Virus record (IMG/VR): IMGVR_UViG_3300020414_001694
Coordinates: 1 to 64,000 of that record
Reading direction: 5' to 3' (one strand)
From: a virus
Taxonomy: Duplodnaviria > Caudoviricetes
DNA length: 64,000 bases
Positions 25,786 through 35,181 of the stretch are shown here, one piece after another (within the stretch, counting starts at the first letter, position 1; the number at the start of each line of letters is the position of its first letter). The notes beneath the pieces were generated by a model, which had not been told where the DNA came from, made no database searches, and saw only the letters and a list, made by a program, of their open reading frames with translations. Made by a program: the position numbers and the translations under genes.

Positions 25786-25996
25786 TTCTTAAAACTCTAT
25801 TCAGATTGGCATTCTCTTTTTCTAACATCACTGCATAGTCAAACAACAGAGGACAACCTTTCTGAACTTCTCCTATTGCCTCTTCCAGTGCCAGCATTAC
25901 GTCTGGAACAATGTATTGAGGTTTAGTCCTTGCGACGAATACTGCCGATGCAAACCCAAGATTGAATAGCAAAGAATATAATAAAAACTTTCTCAT
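25760..25996 (-). CDS. Single-TM/secreted coiled-coil protein
   Basis: N-terminal hydrophobic segment. Confidence 0.6.
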   Translation of the reverse strand: MRKFLLYSLLFNLGFASAVFVARTKPQYIVPDVMLALEEAIGEVQKGCPLLFDYAVMLEKENANLNRVLRTMTFDKKE

Positions 25997-26150
25997 AACA
26001 TTTCCTCTACAGCAAAAATTCTAAACCCCTTGTACAAAGAATTCTTTTTAAAGTAAGCGAATGATGCTGCCTCTGCAAACGTAACGAAATCTCCAAAAAT
26101 GCTTGGGAAATTTTCTTCGCCATTCGTAAATGTAATCTTCCATCTTCTCA

Positions 26151-27158
26151 TTAGATTCTGTCCTTATGTCCCGAAAAGATAATCTCAAAGTTATCTCTCT
26201 TTAAATGCTCTGTGATGTAGTACTGCATGTCGTCCATTGAATCAAACTCAAACTTATTATCTCCATGATAAAGCATAAAGCGTCGAACCTGCTCTAAGAC
26301 ATCAACCTTGTTGATTACAAGTGTGGTAAGTCCGTTAATGTCAACTGCCTTAGACACCGCATCTAAGTCAAACCAGTCAACCTTTCTCGGTCTTCCTGTC
26401 GTTGCTCCGTACTCTTCCCCAACATCTCGAATTGCCTTAGCAACAATACCTTCTTCCATGCCAAAGTCTTTTGCCCCGACATAAGTTTCATAAATCTTTG
26501 CAGCACCATAAACATTACGCACTGACTGTGCTGGGATTCCGTTCAAGACTGCTCCACCGACAGTGCAATGAGATGAAGTTACGTAAGGATAGTCTCCCCA
26601 GTCCACGTCAAGTCCAAAACCCTGAGCGCCTTCAAAAAGAATCTTTACAGTAGACTCATTGTTGTGGTGAAATTCTTGATAGATATCAATAAGATACTCT
26701 TGCAGTTCTGGTACCTGCTCTGCCCTCACACCTTTCCTACCGTATTTATCACGATAAGCAGGTCCGTTGCCTCTCTTGGTAGTTCCAATTGCTTTATCTT
26801 TATTGTCTTCTGCTAAGTGCCAATCTGTAATGACATGAGCGTTTTTAGCAATTGACAAAAGATTATCTATATCAATACCAGCATCTCGCAACTCTTTCAT
26901 CTCTGAAAGCAGTCTGTCTGGATTCACCACACACCCTGGACCGATGATGGATTCTATTCCAAAGAACACACCGCAAGGGATGACGTGGGTTACAAACTTC
27001 TTGCCCTCGTGATAGATAGTGTGCCCAGCGTTGTGCCCGCCATTGTAGCGAACAACGTGTGTGTAATCACCTGTTCTTGCAAGATGATGTGTTATCTTAC
27101 CTTTACCGCAATCTCCGTGCTGCACATCAACAACTACGTCGGCAATGATGTTAGACAT
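26151..27158 (-). CDS. purA: Adenylosuccinate synthetase (short form)
   Basis: GDCGKGK, GGHNAGHT, GTTKRGNGPAY, FEGAQG, YPYVTSS, GATTGRPR, NKVD. Confidence 0.93.
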   Translation of the reverse strand: MSNIIADVVVDVQHGDCGKGKITHHLARTGDYTHVVRYNGGHNAGHTIYHEGKKFVTHVIPCGVFFGIESIIGPGCVVNPDRLLSEMKELRDAGIDIDNLLSIAKNAHVITDWHLAEDNKDKAIGTTKRGNGPAYRDKYGRKGVRAEQVPELQEYLIDIYQEFHHNNESTVKILFEGAQGFGLDVDWGDYPYVTSSHCTVGGAVLNGIPAQSVRNVYGAAKIYETYVGAKDFGMEEGIVAKAIRDVGEEYGATTGRPRKVDWFDLDAVSKAVDINGLTTLVINKVDVLEQVRRFMLYHGDNKFEFDSMDDMQYYITEHLKRDNFEIIFSGHKDRI

Positions 27159-27208
27159 TTCAGTCCCTTTCTGTTGTTTTATTTATTATAACATCTTATC
27201 TTTATCTG

Positions 27209-28150
27209 TTAAGCAGCGAGTGAAACTTTTTCTTCAAGCAACTGACGCATCTTGAACAGACCCTGCTCTTTGTGTTTGCACTCCAACATAACATCAATGT
27301 TGTGTCCGTAAGTTTCAATAGCAGTCCAGTAAGAGTCCGAGTGTGCCTGTGGACGAATCTTAGGGTCATTGTGTTCTACGCTTCTATCCTGCGAGTAGTG
27401 TACGACAGGTGTAACACCGTGCCAAGTAGACATAGCAAGTTCTAGTGCTTCTTGCTCAGTCTGCCCACCAGTACAGAACTTGTGGTGGTGATAGTCAAAC
27501 ACGATAGGAATGTGAATAACCTTGTGAATATAGTCATAAAGATGACGAGTGCTCCACATAGATGCTTTGTCGTCGTTCTCCACAGTCAAACGATTCTGAC
27601 AGTTGACAGATAGTTTAAAGAAGTTACGGCACCAGCGTTCTGCTGTACCAGCAAAGTCACCACCGTAAGTACCACCAACGTGAATATTAATCTTGGCATA
27701 GGGACTATCGGGCAATCCCATCATATCAAATATCTCAGAGTGAGTATTCAACTCTTTGATAGTCTTGGTCACTACGTCCTCCTTGGGAGAACCAAGTACG
27801 TTGAATGGTCCTGGGTGAGTAGTAATGCGATGACCATTGTCGTGAACAAAGTCACCTGCTTCTTGTAGAGCAAGGCAGATGTCATCGTAGTCTGGTAAGT
27901 CTGAGATGTTGTACTCTGACGACCAAGGAAATAAATCTGATGATAAACGGAAGAAGTGTATACCGTTGGCGTGATTCCACTTGAGAACTGTTAGCAAGTC
28001 CTTGCAGTTCTGAAGAGCAAGTTCTGACGCATAAGGCAAACCTCGCTCCTTGAATGTTCGCTTGACCATAGAGCGATTAGTTGTGACTCGCCTAGACTTA
28101 GGCAAAGTATTGAGCACTGTATTAATACAGGCATATCCTAGATTAGACAT
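27209..28150 (-). CDS. uvsE: UV damage endonuclease UvsE/UvdE
   Basis: LGYAC, FFRLSSDLFP, THPGPF, LTVENDD, FDYHHH, HSD, MLECKHKE; promoter TTGACA-N17-TATAGT at 28178-28206. Confidence 0.95.
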   Translation of the reverse strand: MSNLGYACINTVLNTLPKSRRVTTNRSMVKRTFKERGLPYASELALQNCKDLLTVLKWNHANGIHFFRLSSDLFPWSSEYNISDLPDYDDICLALQEAGDFVHDNGHRITTHPGPFNVLGSPKEDVVTKTIKELNTHSEIFDMMGLPDSPYAKINIHVGGTYGGDFAGTAERWCRNFFKLSVNCQNRLTVENDDKASMWSTRHLYDYIHKVIHIPIVFDYHHHKFCTGGQTEQEALELAMSTWHGVTPVVHYSQDRSVEHNDPKIRPQAHSDSYWTAIETYGHNIDVMLECKHKEQGLFKMRQLLEEKVSLAA

Positions 28151-28209
28151 TTAGTTCCTCCTCGTAGTTACAAGAAGACTATATTATAATGTGATGGGAA
28201 TGTCAAGGA

Positions 28210-29115
28210 TTAAAACCAACTTTTTTTCCAAATACAATTCTTTGATTCTTCCCAAGGTTTGAAGGTTGATTTAACTTCTGCAAGGGAATATAATTTTAAT
28301 AGTTCTCCACCAAATGTTGACACACCTGGGGTGAGTGCTTTTTCATACTGGAAGTGCCACCACTCTGCGCCGAGGTAACTGCCACCCTTCTTGAACGAAC
28401 GTCTAGCAGAGATGCCTTTGAAACCGTGCTTCTCAGCAAGTTCAGTAAAAGAAAAGAATCTATCTTCCACAACAACCTTAGTGTTCTGATAAGTGTATGC
28501 CTGTATCTTCCTAACTGGAACATTCTCGTTCTCAGTTCTGCACCAGACATTCCACTTTCTACCTTCACCTTCTTCTATGACAATCATTTCTTTTTTGGGA
28601 TTGTTCATACCAGAGTCAAGTGCCATATCGAACGCCAAACCTGTGTAGTGTAGAGATTTTAGAGAACGACTTGCCATCGGTTTACTGTCCGTTAGAGGGC
28701 GCTTTGCTCCTGCTGACGTGATTACGCCTCCGAGGGCGAGAACGTCTTCTCTGAGAGCGTTATACGCCTCTGCTGCGTCTTTACGAAGACGAAAATAAGA
28801 ATAACCGCCTGAACCTTTTACTTTGTCTGCTTCTACCTTAGTCCAAGGTAATTTTATAAAAGTTTCATCTGGGTCTGGTTCGCCGTCGATTTGAAATTTT
28901 AAATTATCAGGTAATTGAGGATTCATAGCAGAAAGAGTTCCTGAACCAACGATGCCATCTGGGTACAAATCATTGTCCTCCTGAAATTTCTCTACCTGCA
29001 CTCTTGTGCCCATTCCGAAAATCCCGTCTGCAATTCCGCAATTATACCCTAGTTCCTTCAATGCTCTTTGAAGTTCTTTTACATCTGTTCCTTTGGAACC
29101 TTCCTTTATAACCAT
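28210..29115 (-). CDS. Endolysin: peptidoglycan-binding domain plus M15-like Zn peptidase
   Basis: GSKGTDVKELQ..L...DGIFG...FQ...DGIVG; SLHYTGLAFD; EWWHFQ. Confidence 0.88.
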   Translation of the reverse strand: MVIKEGSKGTDVKELQRALKELGYNCGIADGIFGMGTRVQVEKFQEDNDLYPDGIVGSGTLSAMNPQLPDNLKFQIDGEPDPDETFIKLPWTKVEADKVKGSGGYSYFRLRKDAAEAYNALREDVLALGGVITSAGAKRPLTDSKPMASRSLKSLHYTGLAFDMALDSGMNNPKKEMIVIEEGEGRKWNVWCRTENENVPVRKIQAYTYQNTKVVVEDRFFSFTELAEKHGFKGISARRSFKKGGSYLGAEWWHFQYEKALTPGVSTFGGELLKLYSLAEVKSTFKPWEESKNCIWKKSWF

Positions 29116-29319
29116 TTATCCCTTTCTCCTAAAATGTTTTAATTCTTTTCTATCATATATCGGTTGAAGTTCTCCTCCAATCCAATAAATATCATAAATC
29201 TCGTGTATTGAAGATGGATTCATAACCTCTGCTATGATGCCAACTTTATTTACAAGCGACACGTTTCTCTTCAACTTCTTTGCGTAACTCGATAGTTCCA
29301 CTAAATCTCCAACCTTCAT
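29116..29319 (-). CDS. SH3/KOW-like paralog
   Basis: MKVGDLVEL...VGIIAEV...IYWIG. Confidence 0.72.
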   Translation of the reverse strand: MKVGDLVELSSYAKKLKRNVSLVNKVGIIAEVMNPSSIHEIYDIYWIGGELQPIYDRKELKHFRRKG

Positions 29320-29672
29320 TCTTCTTCCTTTTCCTCATCATACTCAGTGAAGTCTATGTCTTCCTCGTATTCTGGGTCTGGTTCATCTGGATTGACCCTT
29401 GACAAAAGAATCAATTCATCTTCATAAAAATACTTATCATCCCAATAGTTTCCAGCAGGTGCGTTCAACCACTTTACCTTGTAGACATAATAAGGTATGT
29501 CAAAAAAGGCATCTGGAAATCTCTTGTGAACAGACATCACAATACCTATGGTCTGCTTTGCTTCACCCTCCGAGGGGTCAGACTCCTCATTAATGAAAAT
29601 AAAAGACTTATGGTAAAACTTCCAATAAAGAGAATGGTCCTCTGCTACCAGGTCGCCAACACGAAAAGGCAT
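29316..29672 (-). CDS. SH3/KOW-like paralog with insertion and acidic tail
   Basis: FRVGDLVAE...IGIVMSV...YKVKWL...ELILL. Confidence 0.68.
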   Translation of the reverse strand: MPFRVGDLVAEDHSLYWKFYHKSFIFINEESDPSEGEAKQTIGIVMSVHKRFPDAFFDIPYYVYKVKWLNAPAGNYWDDKYFYEDELILLSRVNPDEPDPEYEEDIDFTEYDEEKEEE

Positions 29673-29676
29673 TCAA

Positions 29677-29883
29677 TCAGTCCTCCGATGATTCGTTCAA
29701 ATCTTCTCTTCTTGCGAATCCACACAGACCCAAGAGAGAATAAATTCTTGCATCAAGAGAACTCAAAAGCGCCTTCTTCAATTCTTCGTTTTGTTCTCTG
29801 AGTTTCTCAACTTCTTGTCGAAGTGCCTCTATTTCTTCGAAGTTTTTCTCTAAGTTAGGCGATTCTATCTTCTTACCCTCCAG
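29677..29883 (-). CDS. Coiled-coil ORF lacking an ATG/GTG/TTG 5' start
   Basis: Open frame LEGKKIESPNLEKNFEEIEALRQEVEKLREQNEELKK...ESSED fills the gap. Confidence 0.4.
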   Translation of the reverse strand: MEGKKIESPNLEKNFEEIEALRQEVEKLREQNEELKKALLSSLDARIYSLLGLCGFARREDLNESSED

Positions 29884-29910
29884 TTACTTGTTGTAAATAG
29901 GATGGTAAAA

Positions 29911-30129
29911 TCAGTTTTCCTCGTTTTCGAATTGACTAAAGTCTAGTTTCGCCCTAACATCTTCAATAAATTCGTCTCTGTTTCGCTCTAGAGTCTTTAA
30001 AAGAGCATGATGAAGTTTTTTATTTTCTAATAAAAGTTTTTCAACGATAGCAGCAGCGAATAGAAGAGGTTTTTCGTGAGACCACATCTCTTTCTGAAAC
30101 TGATTAAACTCTTTTTCTACATCAATCAC
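29911..30129 (-). CDS. Hypothetical coiled-coil protein
   Basis: ORF track. Confidence 0.6.
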   Translation of the reverse strand: MIDVEKEFNQFQKEMWSHEKPLLFAAAIVEKLLLENKKLHHALLKTLERNRDEFIEDVRAKLDFSQFENEEN

Positions 30130-30413
30130 TGGTTTTCCGTAACAGGTTCACCAGTGCTTGCCTCTACAGCGTTGCCAAGAAGAATTGAGTGAACCTCTGG
30201 GATGCCCGCTGAAATAAGTCCCTTGAACCATTCGTTGAATCGCTTCTCTGACCACTTCTTTAGTCCTTGAGATTCCTTGAACCAATCTTCAAACTCCTCT
30301 GTCATTTCAACTTTAAACTCGAAGTTTCCATCTGAATGAACTGTCTCGATGTTGAGCATCTTCAATGCTTCTACTGATTCTTTATTGTCTGCCATTTCTT
30401 TCTCCTCTTTCAT
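30126..30413 (-). CDS. Hypothetical protein
   Basis: ORF track. Confidence 0.6.
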   Translation of the reverse strand: MKEEKEMADNKESVEALKMLNIETVHSDGNFEFKVEMTEEFEDWFKESQGLKKWSEKRFNEWFKGLISAGIPEVHSILLGNAVEASTGEPVTENQ

Positions 30414-30420
30414 AAAGAAT

Positions 30421-30438
30421 TGCCCTCCGAAGAGGGCA
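30421..30438 (-). terminator. GC-rich hairpin with cUUCGg tetraloop
   Basis: TGCCCTC-TTCG-GAGGGCA followed by ATTCTTT; weak U-tract. Confidence 0.5.
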
Positions 30439-30926
30439 TTGTATTAAATAGTTTTTGGTAACTTCTTTTTTACTACAAAAGCACAGTGTCCTTGCTGTAA
30501 TAATTTTATCATTTGTCTCTCCGCTGATACTGCGGAAGGAAACACTGCTTTAAGTAAAGGTTTGTCCTTATGTAGTCCTAACTCTCCTTTAACCCATAAC
30601 TCGTAAAGCATTTACTCCTTTTCTATCTTGCGGATAGTATGCTCATGGTGCGAAGCAATATCCGCTGGTGTTAGATGACGAAACTCATTACGGTTTCGCT
30701 TGTTCTCAACTAAAATAGGTTTACTCTGCTTGGGCATTACGACCCCTTTCAATCCTTCTCTTTACGAGTTCTGCTACAATAGCATTCTTGAACTCTGGTT
30801 CTAAATTAGACAAGACTTCTTGTATCTTGTCTTCACTTCTATCTATAAGTTTAAATGCCAAGCGTCGTGCCGAGGCATTTGTGAAATTTGGGTGTTGCAT
30901 GAGAACTCCTCGTTGATTACTCTCTA

Positions 30927-30955
30927 TTTATAGCAAATGAATTATGGTTTGTCAA
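30927..30955 (-). promoter_or_regulatory. sigma70-like promoter driving three small ORFs (59, 41 and 55 aa) in 30450-30901
   Basis: TTGACA-N17-TATAAA; SD GAGGAG before ATG at 30901. Confidence 0.65.
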
Positions 30956-30963
30956 TAACTTTT

Positions 30964-31314
30964 TTACATTAATGGAACAACTTGTTCGCCAGTATCTTCA
31001 TAATACATTCTGCAAAACTCTTCTGCAAGTTCTGGTGTGATTTCACGTTTCTCTTTCCACCAAGGGTGCCAAACCTTAATGTTCTGCTCCAAAGCAATAC
31101 TAATGTTTATGGATGCAAAAGCAGAGAGAATTCTCTCCTGCTTTGTATAGGCATGTTTTTGAGATACTGGTAGTCCGTAAAGTGCCGCAATCTCCATATA
31201 AAAACAACGGAACCAAGGGTCGTTGTCGAACACTTCAGAGATTCCATTATATGGTCCGAGATAAAAACCCCTAGATTTTACAACTTGTTTTAACGTCTCT
31301 GCTTCTTCAGACAT
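30964..31314 (-). CDS. Hypothetical protein
   Basis: ORF track; promoter TTGACT-N17-TATAGT at 31338-31366. Confidence 0.65.
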   Translation of the reverse strand: MSEEAETLKQVVKSRGFYLGPYNGISEVFDNDPWFRCFYMEIAALYGLPVSQKHAYTKQERILSAFASINISIALEQNIKVWHPWWKEKREITPELAEEFCRMYYEDTGEQVVPLM

Positions 31315-31371
31315 TCTTCCTCCTTCTTCATGGTATTACTATAGAGGAAGTTAATGTGAAAGTCAAGTGTT

Positions 31372-31626
31372 TTATTGGTTATTTTCTGGTTCTTCGACTT
31401 GAATTAAGATGGGACGGATATATTTCTCCTTCACCTCTGTTTTAACAAAAACGATTTTACCGTCTTCGTCTCTCGCAACTGTGTAGTCCTCACCGTAGAC
31501 CGAGGCAGTTGTCTTTACCGCAGGAACAATCTTCAATTCACTCTCTGGTGCTGGGGGCATGATGGTTTCTTGAGCGAATGCCCAAGGTGCTGTCAAAAGT
31601 ACTGCCATAGCGATAATTGTTTTCAT
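31372..31626 (-). CDS. Secreted small protein
   Basis: Signal peptide ending AFA-QE. Confidence 0.6.
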   Translation of the reverse strand: MKTIIAMAVLLTAPWAFAQETIMPPAPESELKIVPAVKTTASVYGEDYTVARDEDGKIVFVKTEVKEKYIRPILIQVEEPENNQ

Positions 31627-31982
31627 TTTGTTTCTCCCTTATTTTCGTCCTTTGAAGAACTAACTTTGCTAAGTAGTTCTATTTCGTTATAAAACATCCA
31701 AATATTTCTAAAAACATTTTTTGTTGTTGAACCTCCTTGCCAGTGAACCAAATATACTGAAGTATTTAATAGATATTTGTCTGCTGCCTGGAGAGCGTCC
31801 GACACATCGTTATCCTTTTCTGGGTCTATCCCAAGTTGTTTTACAAAATCTTTTATAATGTCTGCCGAATCGTCTCGCCTATCTAGAATAAGTCCGATTC
31901 CATGAGATAAGAAGTCATCCCCTTTTAGTCGAACTAAGTCTCCAATTGAGAATTCTTGTTCACAACTATGCTTTGTCGTCAT
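31623..31982 (-). CDS. SH3/KOW-like paralog with helical insertion
   Basis: FSIGDLVRL...IGLILD...YLVHWQ...IELLS. Confidence 0.68.
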   Translation of the reverse strand: MTTKHSCEQEFSIGDLVRLKGDDFLSHGIGLILDRRDDSADIIKDFVKQLGIDPEKDNDVSDALQAADKYLLNTSVYLVHWQGGSTTKNVFRNIWMFYNEIELLSKVSSSKDENKGETK

Positions 31983-32016
31983 TCAACATAAAACCTCGCT
32001 ATTACAAGTAAATAGT

Positions 32017-32538
32017 TCAGTCTTCTTGTTGTGGTTTGTAAAGAGTTTTTATCTCTCCCTCTTCTGTTGGAAAAGAAGAGATTTCAACATTCGCAAACCC
32101 ACTTTCTTTCAACTGTTCTAGGTTAGGTGTTCCTGAGAAAATTACATTTCTAACTGCGTCAAAAGGAATGTTTGTTCCGAGAGTATCGACCATGTTATCG
32201 ACACCAGAACCTGACATTGCTGCTGAATCCTTCATTCTCACCCTGCACCCTTTTGAGTTTGGATAAGATTCATATTGCATCGAACCCTCAAGGAATGCCC
32301 CATCAATCTCTAGAACGACGTTACCAAACGATTTTGCATCTTGAGGGTCAGAGCAAGTCGGAACGCCCATCTTGTCCTGCTCAATATCTAAATCTGTTGG
32401 CAAGTTTACGATTCCGTTGTCTCTGATGTTTGGTAAATTCTGAATGTCTGTTCCGTAATAAACCTTCATTGGAAAACCTTTGTCCGTCATCGCTGTTTCT
32501 TGGAGGTATTTTCTCCACTCTGTTAAAATCTTTTTCAT
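32017..32538 (-). CDS. ADP-ribosyltransferase-fold-like protein with MKKILTEWRKYL leader
   Basis: VYYGT..NL..I...GI; S.PQDAKSFG.VVLEID; IPFDAV. Confidence 0.5.
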   Translation of the reverse strand: MKKILTEWRKYLQETAMTDKGFPMKVYYGTDIQNLPNIRDNGIVNLPTDLDIEQDKMGVPTCSDPQDAKSFGNVVLEIDGAFLEGSMQYESYPNSKGCRVRMKDSAAMSGSGVDNMVDTLGTNIPFDAVRNVIFSGTPNLEQLKESGFANVEISSFPTEEGEIKTLYKPQQED

Positions 32539-32540
32539 AA

Positions 32541-32753
32541 TTAATCCGACCCGTCTGCTATGATTCCCGAGAACTCTTCTCTGAATTCTTCGTTATCCAT
32601 CTTTTTTATTCTTTCTGCTTCCTTTTCATCGAGCAGTTTTTCAATTTCTTCTACGTGTTCCTCGTCAAGAACTTCTTTCATTTCGGCAAGGTTTCTTCTT
32701 GCTTCACTGATAGTTAAGCGACTCATTTCAAATTCAACGCATATAATACACAT
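32541..32753 (-). CDS. Conserved phage hypothetical protein
   Basis: MCIICVEF..RLT..EARRNL.EM. Confidence 0.65.
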   Translation of the reverse strand: MCIICVEFEMSRLTISEARRNLAEMKEVLDEEHVEEIEKLLDEKEAERIKKMDNEEFREEFSGIIADGSD

Positions 32754-32789
32754 GCTAGTCTCCTAATTTTATCTAACTATAAGTAGTCT

Positions 32790-34874
32790 TTAGAAGCACA
32801 TTCGTAGCGTGAAATCAAGACGAATTTTAGAACTAACAGGCATGAAATAGTTTTCCTCGGCAGGAAGTGATGCAGACTCATCTGGCAGACAAATCTCATC
32901 AAGTATGGACATTAAATCTTCATACATCTGGTCTGCACTAGAAGATAATTCAAATCTTTCACCACCAGTCTCGTTAACGTAATCATCCCAAGTTCTCCCC
33001 TGAAAACCTCCGTTGGTAAAGGCATACAACTTAGTGTTCGGAGAGGAACCGAGTGCTTCAATCACCTCTGGTTTCCGAATCTTTGGCGACATATAAGATT
33101 GGTCTTCTTCATCAGTAAATAATATTACAATTCTATCTGCATCAGTTCTCCAGTTTACTCTAAAAAACTTTAATTCTGGAATAGAGTGAATATCCCGACC
33201 CATAGACTGACCCCATACTGCTCCTTGTAAGTCGTAAGGCAGAGTCGTTGCGATAGAGCGAACAGATAAATACAATGCGTCTCTGAGCATCTCCGAAGAA
33301 GAACCTGATTCAAATGCACCTGCCGAAGAAAATGCGCTCATAAAAGTGGAAAAATCTGTGATGTCAGAATCTAGTCTCAAATATTCTGGAAGGTTAACGT
33401 TTCTTGTCCCAGGTGTTGGGAAAACTCTCGGTCCTGTAATCAATCCCCACTTTAACTTTCCTTCCGCAGAGAACTGAGTAGCGAACCTAGTCATTGCCAT
33501 TCTTACGGCATTGATGTTATATTCCATAGAACCAGACCAATCCAAAATAAAAAGAATATCTGTGTCTGGTATGACTTGACCAAAATCTGTCGTACCATCG
33601 CAGTCGTTGTCTGCTCCGTCACATATCTCTCTGCTTGGTACAACCTCGCCTGCACAAAAGTCAAGGACGTAATTGCCGCTACTGGTCTCCCCATACCACT
33701 GACCGTTTTGACATATCTGATTTCCTGGAGTGCAAACGCCGACACCTCCTGTTCCTTCTGGTCCAGAGTAGCAAGATTTCTCTAAACTCTCGTCAATTAA
33801 CTCATCACAATCTTCATCAAAGTTGTTACACATCTCAGGTTCTACTGGCATGCCCAGAGTCTCGTCGCAAGTATCCTCTGAGTCTTCTGGGACTATCTCT
33901 GGTGGCAACCAAGCGCAGAGTGCAAGACAGTCTGACATTTTTGTTATAGTACAATCTTCGTTGTCGCATTCGCAAGTCTTAAACCCCATGCCGCAAGAGA
34001 GAGGAGGTTCACCGCAAGGTAAGAGAGCGCCCACCATTTCGGGAGGGCACTGACAGTTCAACCCCTCGTCAACTCTACCGTCGCAGTCAGAGTCGAAACC
34101 ATCGCACGCCTCTTCATATGGTTGTTGTGCAGTGCAACCAATCCAGTTTCCTTGCTCGCAAACTTCGATACCTCTTTCGCAATCAGTGACACACTCTTTA
34201 ACTAAGTTTTCATCAATCTGCCCATCACAGTCGTTATCAATATTGTCGCAAGTATCTGGTGGTAACTGCCCACACTCTCCACATTCATTTAGTTGGTTTT
34301 CATCTATCAAGTCATCGCAATCATTATCCTGACCATCACACACTTCGTCAGTGCTATAGCAAGACACACACTCGCCATATGAAAGTCTACCCTTATCACA
34401 GACGACCTCCTGAGTTCCTGGTCTACCTTCAATCTCACAATCGTAATACATTGTAAAGTCTTCATTTATCCCTGGTGGGCAATCAAAAGCATGAGTACAT
34501 CCCGTTTCAAAAATAATCTCTGCTGGTGGACAAGTATCGTTTATGCTTCTATCACAGGGAACATAGTCGTCGCCACAGATATCTAGGATTGCTTCTTTGG
34601 CAAGTATCTCCGTACCTCTCGGAGGACAATACCAGGTCTGCCTTTGGCAGCAACGAGGGTGACATTGGCAGTAGTTATCATCTGTGTTCTGAACTCCCTC
34701 GCAAGGGTCAACGTAGGCATCCACTGTAATGTCTGGAAGTAGTTGAACAATTTGAACATCAGGAGACATAATATCCCCAGTTACTGCTCGCTGCTGACTA
34801 TCTGTCTCGCTGAACTGTGTCACTTCGTCTTGACAAGCAAAGAGCAAGACTAATGGAATCAATAGTTTAAGCAT
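32790..34874 (-). CDS. Lipoprotein with five myxococcal Cys/Asp-rich (MopE-like) repeats and C-terminal VWA domain
   Basis: Lipobox LFAC; repeats E.CDG.DNDCDG..DE; CYSGPEGT.GVG.C; MIDAS DWSGS...FTDE. Confidence 0.88.
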   Translation of the reverse strand: MLKLLIPLVLLFACQDEVTQFSETDSQQRAVTGDIMSPDVQIVQLLPDITVDAYVDPCEGVQNTDDNYCQCHPRCCQRQTWYCPPRGTEILAKEAILDICGDDYVPCDRSINDTCPPAEIIFETGCTHAFDCPPGINEDFTMYYDCEIEGRPGTQEVVCDKGRLSYGECVSCYSTDEVCDGQDNDCDDLIDENQLNECGECGQLPPDTCDNIDNDCDGQIDENLVKECVTDCERGIEVCEQGNWIGCTAQQPYEEACDGFDSDCDGRVDEGLNCQCPPEMVGALLPCGEPPLSCGMGFKTCECDNEDCTITKMSDCLALCAWLPPEIVPEDSEDTCDETLGMPVEPEMCNNFDEDCDELIDESLEKSCYSGPEGTGGVGVCTPGNQICQNGQWYGETSSGNYVLDFCAGEVVPSREICDGADNDCDGTTDFGQVIPDTDILFILDWSGSMEYNINAVRMAMTRFATQFSAEGKLKWGLITGPRVFPTPGTRNVNLPEYLRLDSDITDFSTFMSAFSSAGAFESGSSSEMLRDALYLSVRSIATTLPYDLQGAVWGQSMGRDIHSIPELKFFRVNWRTDADRIVILFTDEEDQSYMSPKIRKPEVIEALGSSPNTKLYAFTNGGFQGRTWDDYVNETGGERFELSSSADQMYEDLMSILDEICLPDESASLPAEENYFMPVSSKIRLDFTLRMCF

Positions 34875-34875
34875 T

Positions 34876-35124
34876 TTATTTCATCTTTCTTGGATATATA
34901 AGTGCCTGGACAGTTGCTTTTTGTCCTTTATGAATTATGTCCATGTCGCCTTGAATGATTCTGGGTTTCTCTGTTTTGTGAGTGTGTCCCTTATCTTCCT
35001 TGGTTTCTTGAATCTTTTTTATGATTCTTCCTATTCTCTCAAATCTTTCTTTGTAGGTTACGATGGTGTACCATTGCATTCCGATGATGGATGCCAGCAC
35101 CATTATTGTGACTGCTTCAAACAT
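34876..35124 (-). CDS. Single-TM protein
   Basis: ORF track. Confidence 0.6.
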   Translation of the reverse strand: MFEAVTIMVLASIIGMQWYTIVTYKERFERIGRIIKKIQETKEDKGHTHKTEKPRIIQGDMDIIHKGQKATVQALIYPRKMK

Positions 35125-35181
35125 AATTTGCCTTTACTAAAATAGTAACATAAACTTAATGTCTTGTAAAGTAATTAGTTT

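Noticed and set aside
26151-27158. PurZ / 2-aminoadenine (Z-genome) pathway
   Set aside because: Retains PurA determinants: Asp in GDCGKGK, GATTGRPR and NKVD; no PurZ-type GSTGKG
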